From the NCBI GenBank assembly GCA_028534125.1, contig CM052817.1, forward strand, positions 92,134,001 through 92,198,000: 64,000 bases of DNA, read 5' to 3'. The stretch comes from Lama glama. Lineage: Eukaryota. The notes beneath the pieces were generated by a model. It did not search any database. It was not told the origin of the DNA and worked only from the letters and a program-made list of their open reading frames with translations. A program made the translations under genes and the position numbers. Shown piece after piece: positions 60,990-64,000 of this stretch (position 1 is the stretch's first letter; each line of letters opens with the position of its first letter).

Positions 60990-61365
60990 TCCTGCATTTC
61001 CTGCCTGCCTCAGGTACTTTGCATCTGCTATTCCTCAACCAGAGGGGCTCTCTCTCCAGTCTCTCATCCTTTAGGTCTCAGTTTAAGCATCATTTCTTTT
61101 AGGAAGCCTTTCTGTCTCCTCTGATGAGATTAGATTCTCCTATGACATGCTTCCAAAGTGTCCTGCATATGTCCTTCTTAATACTCATCACACTTGTAAA
61201 TACTTAATTTCTGTCTTCCCAATAGACAATAAACCCTTGAAGAGCAACACCCATCAGTTTGGCTTACTGCTGAATTATTAGTGCTTAGCTCAGGCATTTA
61301 ATGAGCATGCCACATTATATGTTGAATGAATAAATGGTGAATGGATGGATGAATGGATAAATGGC
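60990..61365 (+). mobile_element. L2 3' end
   Basis: cctttaggtctcagtttaagcatcatttcttttaggaagcctttc...tgttgaatgaataaatggtgaatggatggatgaatgga tail. Confidence 0.7.
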
Positions 61366-63604
61366 AAAGCCAGTGGATTCCCTGGCAAGTATGAATATGA
61401 GATTATAAAATAAATTTCAGCAGCTATATTTTGGGCATTGCTTCACCTACTCTTTTCTAAGAGCCTGATGAACAATTATCACCAGTTCTAAACAGTTGAA
61501 AGAGCTGTCACTGATATTTTCCTTTACTGTATTTAATCTGGCCCAGCAATTGCTTCTTCCTGACTGTAATAAGTTCGGATTGGCATGGTGATGTCACTTT
61601 AACTGTCTCAATGAGGTCATTCTTTCACTGCCCTGTAAGAAAAAAGAGCAAGTTTTTCTCAGGGCAGAGAGGGGCACAGGATAATGCAGTACCTGGGTTA
61701 TCACTGCTCAATCAAAAAGTGCACGAAGGAGCCACATAATTCATCTAGCCAGCAGTCACCATGGAGTTATGCAGGTCTCTCATGTAGGTGATGAAACAGC
61801 CAAGTTCCCTGACAGTGGTGGATTACTCCTTGCATCACTAATAGCAATGCCAAAAGAAGTGTCAAGGCCACAGATACGGAGAACAGGGGGCTCTTCAAAC
61901 TGCACGAGGAAAACTTTGATATGTTTTATTGCTTTCTTTTCATCTTGATCATTGAGGTTTTAAAATGAAATTACAGGGATGCTAAGCCTAGCCAATGGGT
62001 AGGGTGATTCATTTCAAATTGGCAGTGGTGTTAACGTGGTGGCTTCTGTCCAGGCCAAGCCTGGGCCGGGGACCCTGGGCCTGTCTGTTCCACCACCACC
62101 CCTGTGGCTCAGCTAGCATCTCAGACCCTAGCAAAGGGTCCGTGGCATACAGGATTTTTTTCTTTTTCACTACAGTCAAGCAATTCAGCAAATACAGATC
62201 TCTTTTCCTCTTGTGGTTAAAATATTGACCTGATGTCATAAACCTCTGATTTTTAAAAGCCTTGTAGCATGAGAGGCAGGCTAACATATGAATTTGAAAC
62301 CTGGTGATTGGGAAGTGTTTTGAATGGCCTTGAAAACTGCAGGTAAAACATTAAATTACACTAATATTCTTGTTTAGTTAAACTTTTTAATATTTTTAAA
62401 AGCCTTTCATAATATTATGGAGAAGTAAATTCTTGGGCCTGATTTCAATTTGAGTCAAATTCCAACTAATAATGTTACACCCATAAACCTTCTCCTTAAC
62501 AGCCCATAACATTAAACTGAAAACAGAATTCTTGAAGCACACACTTACGCTGGCTATCCATGAAATAAGCATTACAGACTTTCACCAGATGTCTTTAATA
62601 GACATTGTTATTAAAAAGACTATTACATAAAATAAATTTAGACTGTTAGTCTAGCACAATTACTAAACGAATATTGCAGCATGGTCAGATAATCACATCT
62701 ATACTTAATTGAGAGGGGAAAAAACTCTCATGGCCATTATTATCTTTTGGTGGTAGCCACCTATTCATTTACCCATCCAGCTCATTAGCCCAGATTAGGA
62801 TTTGTTAGTGCCTTCTCCATGTCATAAGCCCCAATTTTCAGTAAATTAAAAGTTGGTCAGGAAAAAAAAAAAAAAGAGCTCAAGTTCACAAGCATCAGCC
62901 TAAGAGCAAATTTCTTATAAAAATCTTAGGGAAAACAAAATTCAGCTCTTTTTTGGTTACGAGTGCCAAAAAAAAGTTTTGTGGTTTTGGGCACTTATAA
63001 GTTTTATAATTTGAAAATAAGTTAGACTTTAAGCAGAAAAAAGAAAGCTCCAAGTCCATAATATGGATTAATGCCTCTGGTACGTTTTGAACACGACACA
63101 AAGCTAGCAAGAACTATTTGTTGGGAAATATGTTGTATTGTGCCTGAATGTTTCAAAAAACACTACTACTTACACCAGCATTAAATTCTGTTGCCCGCCT
63201 CCAGGCCTGCAATATAAAAAATATGATCCACTATTGCCAATAAGGTAATAACTGGAATCGAGCCGACATCTCTCATTCTAGGATATGAAATAAAGTAAGG
63301 GGAAACGCCCATTTTTCTGGTCCATGGTCTGTCCTTGTGGTGGCAAACTCTCATGGAGATAAACCAGAGGCAAATGGCCATGAAGACAGCCCTGATATTG
63401 TCATTTCCTGCTAAGAGAGGAGGGATGGGAAGGAGGGTCTTAACCACGATGACTCAGCAAATCAAAGCTGAAATTCATGTCTTTTGCAAGTGAGGCTGTA
63501 TTAGCAGTTTGTTAGGCTGTGGCTTCGTCCTCTTTATTTAGAGACTCTGTGTTTGGGCAGGTCTGGGAGAACAGGATGGATTAGTGTTTCGTACTGGGAC
63601 AGCT

Positions 63605-63840
63605 GAGCTTGTATGGAAGAGCAGAGACCAGAGTGGGTGGGTTTTGGATCAGACAGACCTTGATTTGATTCTTGCTCCGCAACTTACTGGTTAAATGACT
63701 TTGGAGAGTTATCTCAGCCTCTGTCTATTCATCTGTAAAATGAGTCTAAAAGAAATACATACCTCAGTAGTATTAGCAGTTTTAGGTGTTGCATAAGGAA
63801 GAGAGTTTCGCAAGTAGTAACAATAAATGTTAGCTATTCT
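63605..63840 (+). mobile_element. MIR SINE
   Basis: ttggatcagacagaccttgatttgattcttgctccgcaacttactgg...cagcctctgtctattcatctgtaaaatg...taaatgttagctatt. Confidence 0.8.
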
Positions 63841-64000
63841 TCTTCTCAAATTCCAAATCTTGCTTCCCAATTACCAGGAAGTTATGTGTTAGATGCAGTA
63901 CTATCTAATGGGATAGATCTTACTACTTTATACATGTAGGAAATTTTAGGCTATGATCATTTTCTTTTACACATATTTTTACTACATATTTTTGAAATCT

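Noticed and set aside
1..64000. CRISPR array, prokaryotic operon, tRNA/rRNA genes or intact retroelement ORFs
   Set aside because: No regularly spaced repeat-spacer structure, no recognisable structural RNA gene, and all TE reading frames are disrupted; the DNA is mammalian.

Overview
Mammalian (eutherian) genomic DNA with one protein-coding feature: coding exon 1 of MAML3 (mastermind-like 3, Notch co-activator) on the minus strand (ATG at 8098, splice donor at 7628/7627, 157 codons). The exon lies in a ~3.7 kb CpG island (about 5550-9310). Bases 1-7627 are the start of intron 1. The rest (about 9.3-64 kb) is upstream intergenic DNA dominated by old transposon fossils (L1, L2, MIR, CR1, MLT/ERVL LTRs, MER20, Tigger1) and microsatellites. 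I found no Alu, rodent B1/B2, Bov-tA, PRE-1, CHR or SINEC copies, and the youngest L1 has a cetartiodactyl-type 3' end, so a camelid-like host is a tentative inference. I cannot support a new biological system here. The best leads are: (1) a GGA/GGC repeat in the MAML3 5' region crossed by a strong-Kozak poly-Glu/poly-Ala uORF, with a poly-Gly frame running into a second uORF; (2) a possible natural dominant-negative MAML3 from intron-1 read-through; (3) a paired Maf-type palindrome about 28 kb upstream; (4) an L2 nested in an ancient L1 with an intact 14-bp flanking duplication; (5) two tandem L1 3' pieces with the same start point and complementary deletions; (6) a recent 123-bp tandem duplication inside a gag-integrase-fused ERVL remnant. 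Repeat family names come from recalled consensus sequences and need RepeatMasker/Dfam confirmation. Repeat boundaries are approximate unless a TSD or TIR is quoted.
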